A stretch of 64,000 bases of DNA from Eledone cirrhosa (taxonomy: Eukaryota), in the NCBI GenBank assembly GCA_964016885.1, contig OZ024749.1, forward strand, positions 25,482,001-25,546,000, given 5' to 3'. Positions 1-12,018 of this stretch are shown here, piece after piece; positions within the stretch are counted from its first letter, which is position 1; every line of letters begins with the position of its first letter. A model generated the notes under the pieces. It saw only the letters and a program-made list of their open reading frames with translations. It did no database searches and was not told where the DNA came from. A program made the position numbers and the translations under genes.

Positions 1-51
<51 letters not shown>

Positions 52-163
52 TGCTACTGTACGTCTGTATACATATATGTATGTACGTATACACACATAC
101 TTACATTTAAGTAAGTGCCGTACTAAGAGTGAGAAATGAAATTTCGTTTTCATTTTATTTCAA

Positions 164-232
<69 letters not shown>

Positions 233-286
233 ATATATATGTATATATATATATATGTGTGTGTGTATGTGTGTGTGTGTGTGTAA

Positions 287-476
287 AATTACAACAGTGC
301 CATAAACAGGTACTCAAGTTACGTTGGGTTCTGGGCCCCAATTTCTTCAGCATATCATGAGAGAAATAAAAAAAACGTTTTTATTTTTGTTTTTTATTTT
401 TCTCATGGCATGCTGAAGAAATTGGGGCTCAGAGCCCAACGAAATTTGAGTACCTCTTTATGTCACTGTTGTAATT
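287..476. mobile_element. Fold-back element (PLE pLTR-like) with a hammerhead motif in each arm
   Basis: Imperfect inverted repeat AATTACAACAGTG... / ...CACTGTTGTAATT with arms of about 80 bp; left end abuts a (TG)/(TA) microsatellite. Confidence 0.65.
406..465 (+). ncRNA. Type-I hammerhead ribozyme, degenerate (mirror copy 298-357, minus)
   Basis: TGGCATG-CTGAAGA-AA-TTGGGGCT cag AGCCCAA-C-GAAA-...-CTT-TATGTCA; stem I 7 bp with G-U pairs; consensus of the two arms gives GAAAC...GUU. Confidence 0.6.
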
Positions 477-564
477 ATTTATACTAAACTCGCCCTATGG
501 ACTGAGTACTCTTACTCTTTGATATTTCCACTTAACTTTTACTTCAGTATATATATATATATGT

Positions 565-627
565 TCAACGGCGGTGCCCCAGCATGGCCTCAGCCGGATG
601 GCTGGAAAAGGTAAAAGAGTACAAGAT
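565..627 (+). mobile_element. 3' end fragment of an octopus-type tRNA-derived SINE
   Basis: GGCGGTGCCCCAGCATGGCC...GTAAAAGA tail resembles recalled cephalopod SINE 3' ends; not database-verified. Confidence 0.45.
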
Positions 628-697
628 TATATACATATATATATGGGGGTTGTATCGCGAGAGACAGAGATGGAGATAGATAGAGAGATATATTGAT

Positions 698-789
<92 letters not shown>

Positions 790-1541
790 CAGTTTTGCTA
801 AGATGTAGTGAGCGATTAACAGTTAGAATGTCTACTCATCAACTAACAACCGTTCCTATGTAATTTATCTACAGTTTTCTTAAAATGGCGGCATAAGTCT
901 AACCACCATTTCTGAGAAACTGGGAAAGTTAATCATGTAATTCGACACGCGCTAACACCTACTCACAACAGTGCAAACGAATTTGAATGTCTCTCAACAT
1001 TAACGAAGCAAGAAATTAAATTCCACCTGTATCGTGACTTCTTAAAAATAAGCATCAACAACACCGTCCAATCATATATTAGATAAACCATCACGTGGAA
1101 ATTTGAAGCGGGTGGGGTTGCAGCACATTTAATAGAGTAACACCGCCCAGACTGGGCTGTAGTGTCTGTTCTCCTCTCCCTTTCTTTCGTTGCTTTATTC
1201 TTTCTTTTTTCCTTTTCTGTTTCCTTTTTCTTGTTTATCCTTTCCGTTAATTTTTATCTGTTGTTCACTTGTGGAATTTTTATTTTATAGTTGTTTATTA
1301 AAATATTTTAAATTTAATGAAGGATCTGATAAGACGGTCATTACGTGATGCGACACATATCAATAATAACCTTAATATAAGCACTCAATAAGGATACCTA
1401 CACGTGGCTTCTTGAACTGCTAGAAATTGTTGCCAGGTCCTCATTCAATCGTACCCTAAAAAAGGTAAATACACCCGGCTTGGGGTCAAAGATGGGATTT
1501 ACAATTGTTTCATGAATGGTCCCCTAATATAATTCTCATGT

Positions 1542-1612
<71 letters not shown>

Positions 1613-1680
1613 CAAATGCTTTGACCATGAATTGTTGGGCTGTGGATGGGACAATATATTGAGGCATTTGCTTATAAATG

Positions 1681-1728
1681 ATTGATTTTGATAAGTTCTA
1701 ATAAGAGACGAAACGATTGTAAATCAAT
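1681..1728 (+). ncRNA. Degenerate type-I hammerhead ribozyme
   Basis: ATTGATT-TTGATAA(decayed CTGATGA)-GTTCT aata AGAGAC-GAAA-CGATTG-TA-AATCAAT; perfect 7-bp stem I. Confidence 0.6.
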
Positions 1729-2321
1729 ATTTAATGTAAAACCGTATTTGGTAATTACTTTAATAAATAATTTTCTTCATGCGTAATTATTGTTTTTAAC
1801 ACAATAGGATTTTGTACATGATGCTTGTTTGACAAATCTTTTATGGAAGTATGAAACATAGTCTTTTCTACTGGTTATTATAATAAAATACACTATTTCG
1901 ACTTCTCTACCTGCTCGTTTCAATAATAGAGTTACTCATCTCAAACAGATACATCATATATATATGCATAACAATTAGTCGTACGAATAAGTATGATTTC
2001 CCATACAAAACCAGGGTAAGGAGATCTATATATAAGCGACGTTAGATATATTATTATGTTTACTTCCTTCTTCCAGTCACTGTGTGCCAGTATTCTCCTC
2101 CTTTTCAATCTGTTCTATATTTTATCTGTCTATCACCCATCTCTCTGTTAACCACTGATCGCTCACCTCTATCCTCTGAGGCATTCTTGCCCATCGCTGT
2201 CTTTGACAGAATTTAGCTGTTTTAACGGCTGTTCTAGCGATGAGATTTCTCATTTTTTTTATGTGTTCATAAATATATATATAGAACACACAAGAATCAA
2301 AGCTAATTTAGAACATTTATT

Positions 2322-2368
2322 TGCTGACGATTGTTTCTACCAAGCCTAGGCTTGGGGTCTTCGGAGCA
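2322..2368 (-). ncRNA. Minimal type-I hammerhead, CCGAAGA core variant
   Basis: Minus strand: TGCT-CCGAAGA-CC-CCAAGC ctag GCTTGG-TA-GAAA-CAATCG-TC-AGCA. Confidence 0.75.
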
Positions 2369-2787
2369 TTATTAATAATGTTTTTACATATAATCAGCCT
2401 CCTATTCTGCTGAAGAGTCATACAGATACATATTGTGGACAACAGTGTGTGATGGGTAAGATTCAAAATTACAATTAAAAGCTTTTGGTGGAACATGTGA
2501 CAGATAATACAAAAGCGGCTAGTACATAAATAAAATTAAAGAGACAGTACGTACGTTAATCATACATAAAGCAATTGAACAGGCAAAAGTATCAAGCACA
2601 TATGAATGCTGGGTGTTGCATAAAAAATACAAGCACATAAAGCAGGTGTGTTAATATATTATGGTGGTTGCAATGCTGAGATATTTTCAGTGTAGATCGA
2701 ATATGTGTGTGTGTAGAATAAGAAAGTTCAAGGTTTCACATCCATTACATGTGTCACGATGTATTTGTGTTGAGTGTTTATTAATAA

Positions 2788-2834
2788 TGCTCCGAAGACT
2801 CCAAGCCTAGGCTTGGAAGAAACAATTGTCAGCA
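2788..2834 (+). ncRNA. Minimal type-I hammerhead, CCGAAGA core variant
   Basis: TGCT-CCGAAGA-CT-CCAAGC ctag GCTTGG-AA-GAAA-CAATTG-TC-AGCA; palindromic stem III ACAATTGT and GUC triplet. Confidence 0.8.
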
Positions 2835-3200
2835 AATAAATGTTCTAACATAGCTTTGATTCTTGTGTATGCTATATTCCTGCTCTGTATAACAAATGAT
2901 GTTCTTACATTGAGCTATTTATCTTACTGGTAATAAGGTAGTAATAAATTACTGACCTTACCTGTTTATAGTTGTATATAGTATATACATAACTATAAAT
3001 ACTATCCTTAATATTAAATATATATATTAATTCCTGGAATAAACCCTGCTGTATAGCTTATCCGTGTTATTATTCAGTCGTTCAGTATTAATACTCCAGG
3101 AAGTGCTTACCTAGGAGTTATCTGGAATCGGCCACCCGAATACCACAACTAAGTAAACATCTTGTTGAGTTAAACAACGTCGCACGTTAAAAACCTCCAG

Positions 3201-3531
3201 ATATTGTTATACTTCGGGAGGGACATGCTGCCAATAAAAACAGATGCACCAGTTGTTTTTCTCTACAATTTATTATAAATTTCCGGTTGGTTGGATCTAT
3301 AACCGGAAGGTTGTTTATATATCGGCAAATATCTTTCATCACACTCTCTGTGACCTACTCAGTGACTGGGTTTTTATTGTGTGTCTCCGTTATTTTGACC
3401 TACACCATCTTGTTTTTGTGTGTTGGCACTGAGGAACAAGCCTACCAACCGGAAATTTATAGCAATTGAAATGAAAACGAACAGGTGCGTGTGATTTTAT
3501 TGGCAGCATGATCCTCTCAAAGTATAACAAT
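3201..3531. mobile_element. Fold-back element of the GTCA-stem hammerhead family (degenerate ribozyme 3324-3366, minus)
   Basis: Inverted ends ATTGTTATACTT...AAGTATAACAAT; homologous to 5578-5830, 12410-12555, 16120-16465 and 35240-35480. Confidence 0.65.
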
Positions 3532-4000
3532 GTACATATATACATATACACTGACAAATTGTTGGGCAATGCTAGTTGATTACTATGACTATACAGAACC
3601 ATACCCAAGGCCTGCTCCAGCCACTATCCCTAACATAGCTGTAACGATAATGCCTAAATGCAATAAGTATCTGAAAGAAGTATCTTAAAGTATATATATT
3701 GAAATATGGAATGTTTTTAAACCATATCATACAACAGAGTGTTTATTTTACCTTCCTTCTTTTTCTCACACGCGCCTCATATGATTTTTCTTTTAGCTCT
3801 CTCTCTCGCTCTCTCTCGCTCTCTCTCTCTCGCTATATATCTCTCTCTCTCTCTCTATCTATATATCTATCTGTGTATCTATCTATCTCACTCTTTTTCT
3901 CTCTGCCCTCTCCTCTCTTTCTATCTATATCTCTCTCTTTCGCTCTCTGTATGTCACTCCCACATTCATTTCTAAGTGGCAGGTTGTATATGAACATCGA

Positions 4001-4059
<59 letters not shown>

Positions 4060-4061
4060 AC

Positions 4062-4097
<36 letters not shown>

Positions 4098-4129
4098 ACA
4101 TATATATATATATGTGTGTGTGTGTGTAC

Positions 4130-4160
<31 letters not shown>

Positions 4161-4257
4161 AAGGAATCTGAGAGACAGGGTAGGGAATGAATTTATCGAT
4201 GCATCAAACCTCTTTTATCATATTTATATCAACTTATTTCCTCTTTCATCGTAACAT

Positions 4258-4298
<41 letters not shown>

Positions 4299-4356
4299 AT
4301 ATATATATATATAAAACAAAGCACATATATATAGATGGATAGATAGTTATAGATAA

Positions 4357-4438
<82 letters not shown>

Positions 4439-4856
4439 TATATATAAACATATACACCATCATATATCTTATTCTTATATCTGTCAACCGCTGGCATTTG
4501 TACATGTGAAAGATATGTTTCCGTATTTTACTCTTGCTCTCTTTATCTCCCCATCCGTCATAATAAAACCATGCCTTCATTCAAACTGTGTGGATGACTT
4601 GACAGACATCAACCGAGTTTCATTGCACAGTTAAACAAACAGCGTGTTACATAATGGAGTGCATATGAAAACATTAAACTCTGTTTTCCATCAAGACCTG
4701 TGTGTCAACGTATTGCCAATCCTGTCGCTAAGATAATGTTTAGAAATATCTACACATACACTTGAGATTAGGCTTGATGAAAGTCAGTGAGATGTCTGGA
4801 TATCTGCATATATCTGTTTATTTATCTATATGTCTGTCAATCTATCTATCTATCTA

Positions 4857-5392
4857 TCTTCAAAAACGAAGGAGATGCGGTGTTTCTGTGTATAATAACC
4901 ATGATGAAAGAGGTTGTATGGTGGACGCGTCTGAAAGAAATGAAGTCAGACACCTTTCTCTCTGGCCAACAACTGGTCCGTTTCTTCCGATATCAGTTCG
5001 GAAGAAGGATCAGGATGGAGAGAGAGGTGCTGCACCCCAGCCGTTTTTATGAAAGATGGGTGAAAGTGGCGAGAATGGCCCGTGTGAATGGGCCTTCACT
5101 GTACATCAGACTATAGATAGGTGAGGATGATGAAAGATCAAGGGAGCACCCTCTCTCTGTGTTCCTGAGGAGAAGGGTTGCACACTTTTTTCGGGGATGA
5201 GTGCGACCCCCAAGGCGCCTCCTCCCTATTGAGGATTTTGTTATTCAATTTATTTTTGTTATACAATATATATTATATTTTTAGATTTTATTATTACCTC
5301 CCCCTTATTGAGGACGCCTTTACATGTAAACTCCCCCTCCCCCATTGTGCTGTCCCACTCTTTGATGCCCTTGTGGCAAATACAAAGAAAGT
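4857..5392 (+). mobile_element. 5'-truncated Tx1/L1-clade LINE (ORF2 C-terminus plus 3' UTR)
   Basis: FKNEGDAVFLCII...RMARVNGPSLYIRL is nearly identical to the end of ORF 50815-51423; (TATC)n on both flanks. Confidence 0.92.
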
Positions 5393-5441
5393 TATCTATT
5401 ATCTATCTATCTATTTATCTATCTATTTATCTCTCTCTCCC

Positions 5442-5482
<41 letters not shown>

Positions 5483-5496
5483 ATGCATACATATAT

Positions 5497-5568
<72 letters not shown>

Positions 5569-5577
5569 CCTATATAT

Positions 5578-5830
5578 ATTGTTATGCTGTGGGAGGGTGA
5601 TGTTGCCAATAAGAAACACACACACCAGTGCTTTCATTCCAATTTATTATAAATTAAATTTATAAATTTCCAGTTGGTTGGTTGGTTCCATAAGCGGACG
5701 TTTGTTCATATATTGTAAAATTTATTTCGTCACTCATTCTGTGACCTCTTCAGTGACTGGGGATTATTTTCTTTGTTTTGTGCCTCTCCATTGTTCTGTC
5801 CTACGCCATCTTCAAATTCAGAAACGAAAT
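5578..5830 (-). mobile_element. pLTR-like repeat with hammerhead at 5715-5757
   Basis: Minus strand: GTCA-CTGAAGA-G-GTCAC agaatga GTGAC-GAAA-TAAA-TT-TTAC. Confidence 0.65.
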
Positions 5831-5878
5831 ACACATATATAAAAATATATATATTATATATATACATATACATTTATA

Positions 5879-5931
<53 letters not shown>

Positions 5932-5933
<2 letters not shown>

Positions 5934-6335
5934 TTATAGGTAATCCAGTTGGATGTTGTGAATACTCCGTATTGTGGATAGTTTTAGAGTACGGCGTTGT
6001 TTGACACAACACGAGGTTTTCTTTGGTAGCGAGTTTGTGAGTTCTCTTGAATTCCTATGTAAGTTTATCTCGGAGTAATAATAGTGAAAGAATTAAGAAT
6101 AACACTCTCAACAGTACAAAAGGTATTAACAATTGTTTCATTGATTAAGTTGTCTAAAAATTGCTAATCACTTGAAGTTTTGTCACTCAAGTTTAAATAC
6201 GAGGTATGCTTAACCAAATCATCACAACTACAAGTGATTAGCAATTTTTTGACAAATTAATCAATGAAACAATTGTTAATACTATAAATAAAACCCTTTT
6301 TGTACCGTTGACCATGTTATTCTTCAATCTGTCAC
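5932..6335. mobile_element. Fold-back pLTR-like remnant containing only hammerhead 3' halves
   Basis: Inverted repeat around about 6205 with GAAACAATTGTT in each arm; same family as 20242-20706. Confidence 0.6.
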
Positions 6336-6741
6336 TATATATATATATATATATATAAAACCAGAAGAACAAACATACTTACATATATATATATATAGAG
6401 AGAGAGAGATATGTAAGTATGTATGTTTGTTCTTCTGGTTTTATAATTTCACAAAGTTTTACCAATAGAGAGAGAGTCGGTTTCTGACATAGACACAAGC
6501 GTCTCTCATTGAAATTTACACAACATCAACTAGGTAGATATGTATGTATGCATGCGTGTATAGATATGGATGTTATTGTGTGTGTGGATGCGTATGTTTT
6601 GAGTTGTATGTGTGCATGTGTATATGCTTTGTATCTGTACATGTGTATATGCAGTTATTAGATGCAAATGTTTGGAATGTTTTTACATATTTTTACTGTT
6701 CCATTAATGGATTGAATGTATGTGTGTATGTATGTATGTGT

Positions 6742-7314
6742 GTCAGGTCACCAGTTGGTGCTACTGGTAACATTTATCTCAGTACAATCTGTATCATGGT
6801 CGGGTCGTTGGCGACTAAACTGGCAACCCCACCAAGGTTTCTTCGTGACAGGGGTGACGTTGGACATCCTGCGAGACTAAAAACAAAACCTGTCAAAGGG
6901 CAAAGGAGCTCTTGAAAGTCAATGGCCATCCAAAATCACCGGGAGAGATGACCCCTTAGCCTTTGTCAAGGCAGAATTCTAGGAGAAGGAAAACTCTGAT
7001 ATAACACCTGCAACCCTGGTAAATATCATCTTGGTTAAGAGAGTGGGACTGGCTTTGTGCAGTGCCTTTGCTCACTATAAAAGCTTTACGGCACAGGCAT
7101 TGCTTTATATCTGGAGATCTCTCTGCACTTGTCGTCACATGGTACCATGGGCCCAGCATTATGTGTCAATAATTGTCACAAGTGTAGTGTTTGTACCATG
7201 TTTTCAAGTCGCTAGATGGACTAAAAAGTCACACTCGTTCAGCGCATCGGTAGGAGTTCTACTACATGGAGATAAAGTAGTGGCCGTACTCGAAAACGAG
7301 TTCGCAGCCACCAT
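6742..7314 (+). mobile_element. Non-autonomous RTE-related retroelement, family H
   Basis: About 570 bp; near-identical copies at 18508-19063 and 48798-49289; carries the CTAGGAGAAGGAAAACTCTGA motif typical of RTE 5' UTRs. Confidence 0.65.
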
Positions 7315-7783
7315 ATGTATGGATGGATACCTACAGACTTTATATCGTAGATGTTTTATGTGTGAATATATATGTACATACATACACACACACTTATATA
7401 TATATATATATATATATATAAATATACATATATATATAAGTGTGTGTGTGTATGTATGTACATATATATTCAAATATATATATATATAAGTGTCGGTGTG
7501 TATGTATGTATATATATATATATGTATGGATGCATACCTACATACTTGTATATAGTCAGACAGACATTCACACAACACATCTACGTATAAGAGGAGGTTC
7601 CAGGGGGATGATTTTATGGTAAAAAAGGACTGGACTATATAGGATTACAGTCACTTTGCCTTTATATCATACCATGCATTTATTACCACAATGCTTTTAA
7701 TGTGTCAAGCGTTAACTAACCTTTCCCAAATATATAAGAAAATATGAATGTGTATGTTGTTTTGTCATACTCTCAAACAAACA

Positions 7784-7867
<84 letters not shown>

Positions 7868-7896
7868 GTATATATATATATATGTGTGTGTGTGTG

Positions 7897-7966
<70 letters not shown>

Positions 7967-8080
7967 TATAAATATATATATATAAATATATATATCTATA
8001 TCTATATATATATCTACAGATATATATACTTATATTAGTCTGATAACTGCCATTTTTGTTGGCATTTATTAGCTCGATAT

Positions 8081-8161
<81 letters not shown>

Positions 8162-8433
8162 GGGGGGGGGGTATGTGTGTGTGTGTGTGTGTATGTATAT
8201 ATCGTGCTAATAAATGCCCCCAAAAATGGCAGTTATCGGACTAATGCTTGGAAACATATTTCATTTTGAAATGAAGCCTTATACGGGTTCCTTGAGAGAG
8301 AGAGTTAGAGGAAAGAGAGGAGAGGCACCTGGACGAGAGTGAAATGAGGAGAGAGATAGAGAGAGAGAGGGGAAAGAGAGGAAGAGAGAGAGTGAGAGAC
8401 CGTTTCCGTGACTGAGGAAGCTGGTAAAACAGA

Positions 8434-8509
<76 letters not shown>

Positions 8510-9052
8510 GATAGGTAGATAGAGAGAGAGAGTGTGAGAGAGATATCTACATTTATATATATATATATATGGGGCGGGGGGGGGGGTATATGTGTGTGTG
8601 TTTTACAAGATGATGCTGAGAAATGTCCTGTATCCTGTTCACACTAGCTTTTATGACACCAAACAATAGCTAATATGGTGGCAAAGCTATTGAAAATGTA
8701 AATATTTGTTCCCAGAATATTAAGATTTAATGTAACCGTCTAAATCATTCATTTCTAGCACACACGTCATAACTATATGTTACGAACTAGAATTAATAGA
8801 TTAATTCGACCCCAGTAACTGAATTATATTTGCATTTATTTAATACAATGGTTAATGTGGAATCGAAAAGTCCACTTCAACCGGAAGAGTATTGACAGAA
8901 ATAAATTCATTTAAACATGATGTCTCACGGCAACGGAATATTCGTTGCTACTCCGAATTTGCTGATAAAAGTTCATGTATATCAAAAAGACTGACGACGT
9001 AATGTGACTTAGGCCTAAGATATATATCAATGTATATATGTATGTAAATATG

Positions 9053-9127
<75 letters not shown>

Positions 9128-9891
9128 GTAATGACATACGTAAACACATGTTCTATGGTGCAACACAAATATACACAAATTTGCATACCTTTTGATGTAT
9201 ATAGATAAAAACGTGCCGACACACACACATACATATACGCACACATGCATTGCACACTGATGGGCACATACATATTTGTACACAAGTATTCCAATACGGC
9301 AAGGCCTAATGGATTTCCCTTGCAGTACGTACAATCTGGACACTCACACACACCTTGGTATTATGCCAATACTATATATTTTCACACCTTTTATTATTAA
9401 GGTTTTTGATGTTCTATTGAGAGAATCGTTTTTACTGAAAATATCGAATAATGTACACCATTTTTACCAGTATCACAAAAATACTGGTCAACCCACCCAC
9501 ACACACACACATATATACACACACACATACACACGCGTACATTAACATACAAAGAGACACACACACTTCTCCGTATAAGACAAGAGATGAAAAATTCTTT
9601 TAACACGTACAGACACATTCCTACTGACCATCCCTCTACCACGCATTACTCTGCTACACACACACACACACACTTGTCTTAATAGGCATTTGAAGTGTCA
9701 ACCGGCTGACCATTATCATAACAACGAACCTCTTTACTACTACTACTACTACACACACACACACATATTTGTGTTGAAAGTCTTATTTTTCAGTGACTTC
9801 TCAATCAGCTGAGACAAACCTACATTTGGCGCAAAATCAATTTTTAACATTCGCATGACCTCTACCGACCAATAAAAATTGTTTTGACCAC

Positions 9892-9968
9892 AATTAGTAG
9901 TGGGTAGACTAATTTGCATAGAACAATGACTCACGTTCTATGCAAATTAGTCTACCCACTACTAATTT
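9892..9968. repeat. Perfect hairpin with arms of about 33 bp
   Basis: AATTAGTAGTGGGTAGACTAATTTGCATAGAAC / GTTCTATGCAAATTAGTCTACCCACTACTAATT. Confidence 0.9.
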
Positions 9969-10032
9969 TCATAGAAAAAGCATATAACGATATGTGCTTT
10001 TACAATTCTCCAGAGAAGCCGGAAGATGGGTA

Positions 10033-10077
10033 AATATTGCTGATGAGATGTAATAACATCGAAACTAGTCCAATATT
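10033..10077 (+). ncRNA. Intact canonical minimal type-I hammerhead ribozyme (predicted cut after 10070)
   Basis: AATATTG-CTGATGA-GATGT aata ACATC-GAAA-CTAG-TC-CAATATT; all core bases canonical, 7-bp stem I, 5-bp stem II, palindromic ACTAGT stem III. Confidence 0.92.
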
Positions 10078-10289
10078 CCTGTCTGGCCCTCTGGAGAATA
10101 GAGGAAATGTGTTTCCTTGAAACCTCGTATGACTCTAAAACCCGGTCCGTCTGTGTGGTTACATACAGACTAGCTGACACTCACTGTAAAGTGTCTAGTG
10201 AAAAACTGAGTACATGTACAGATGTATACATGTGTGTATTTATATGCATACTAATACTTCCGTATACATATGTAGATGTACACTTTAAC

Positions 10290-10465
<176 letters not shown>

Positions 10466-10534
10466 TATAGAATACTATTAGCTTCTCGCTAAAACAATCT
10501 CTATACCTTTCATTTATATATATATATATATGAG

Positions 10535-10738
10535 AAAATGTTTGACCCAGACGGCAGAGCTCAAGCCGTTTCGACAGCTATTTTTAGACTCAAATAGCTG
10601 GCCAGAAATAGCCATCGAAACAACTTGAGCTCTGCCGTCGGGGTCAAACATTTTCCTATTACCCACTCTACTACCCTAAGTATTGAGTACTCTGGTGCGT
10701 TATGGTCCATCTGGTTCCTTACCACACCTCCTTCTTTA
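10535..10738. mobile_element. Fold-back pLTR remnant of PLE family P
   Basis: Homologous to 11333-11530, 27410-27604, 39537-39727, 41115-41195 and 42875-43082. Confidence 0.75.
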
Positions 10739-10779
10739 TATATATATATATATATATACATATATAAAGAAAGAGAGAG

Positions 10780-10852
<73 letters not shown>

Positions 10853-11019
10853 GAAATGAACACACAAAGTCGTGTGTACAGAATTACATGGGGGTGAAAT
10901 CCCCTATGGTGCGATGTATATAATCTACGAAAAAACAGGAAATAGTGACTAAAATGTACTAACAATTTCAATAACTATTAATTTGGACTTTATTTTATAT
11001 ATTTTATATATATGTATCA

Positions 11020-11220
11020 GGTTTAATATAGAAATGTCTTCTACAGGACTAGAAATGCTTCATTCAAAAGGAATAGTCAAGGCTTTCGTAATGATTTTTG
11101 AATGAATAAATTATAATCCTATAGAAGCCATTTCTATATTAAACATGATGTTTAGACTCTAGTAATGTATTGAGTATATCATTAACTGCGGTTACACTAG
11201 ATTGAATCCGGGACTCACAC
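11020..11220. repeat. Fold-back interspersed repeat, also at 49995-50165
   Basis: Inverted AATATAGAAAT...ATTTCTATATT; shared 3' end GATTGAATCCGGGA before a (CA)/(TA) tract. Confidence 0.55.
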
Positions 11221-11296
11221 ACACATATATATATATATATATGGATAGTACTAAATGTAAATACGTTTCTACAAGGATATTTATGCATAGTGTGTG

Positions 11297-11332
<36 letters not shown>

Positions 11333-11333
<1 letters not shown>

Positions 11334-11524
11334 CGAAGGAAATGTGGTAAGAAACCAGGTGGACCATAACGCACCAAAGTACTCAATACTTAGGGTAGTA
11401 GAGTGGGTAATAGGAACAAGTAAGACCCCGACGGCTGAGCTAATTCTGGACTAAATGAAAATTCATTTAGTCCAGAATTAACCGTCGGAACGGCTTGAGC
11501 TCAGCCGTCGGGGTCTTACTGGTT

Positions 11525-11530
<6 letters not shown>
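11333..11530. mobile_element. Fold-back pLTR remnant of PLE family P
   Basis: Inversion centre at about 11460; both ends on (TA)n. Confidence 0.75.
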
Positions 11531-11582
<52 letters not shown>

Positions 11583-11847
11583 ATTATAAAATGTGGAGGA
11601 GCACACGAGTTGGAATATATATATATATATATGTAAATAGGGAGAAAATGACGATTACAGACGGTAATAGACAATTATTAAATATATAAATAAATAAATA
11701 AATGCCATTGTTAATTAATAAATAAATTAACTTCTACCTTAACACTTCACACAAAGTAAAATATATTGTTTTAAACATTTTCTAACCCCCCAAAAAAGAG
11801 AGAAAGCATCGATTCTTTGCTTAAACTTCAATCTGTTATTTTAATAA

Positions 11848-11911
<64 letters not shown>

Positions 11912-11980
11912 TTATTAAAATAACGGGATCTTCTGAAACTAACAAAGTCAATCTGTAAACGCAGAACTATACCTTCCTCC

Positions 11981-12018
<38 letters not shown>

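Larger units (their letters stand above)
2278..2877. mobile_element. PLE-like remnant with inverted terminal repeats of about 100 bp, each carrying a hammerhead
   Basis: 2278-2378 is the reverse complement of 2778-2877; related to 23740-24100 and 40740-41095. Confidence 0.7.

Noticed and set aside
2409-2430. CTGAAGA motif as another hammerhead
   Set aside because: No paired stem II or correctly placed GAAA/UH
6742-6870. Assigning the family G/H head to HDV-like, twister, twister-sister or hatchet ribozymes
   Set aside because: Only superficial similarities; P1/P1.1 and L3 of HDV and the twister pseudoknots could not be built, so it is left unclassified
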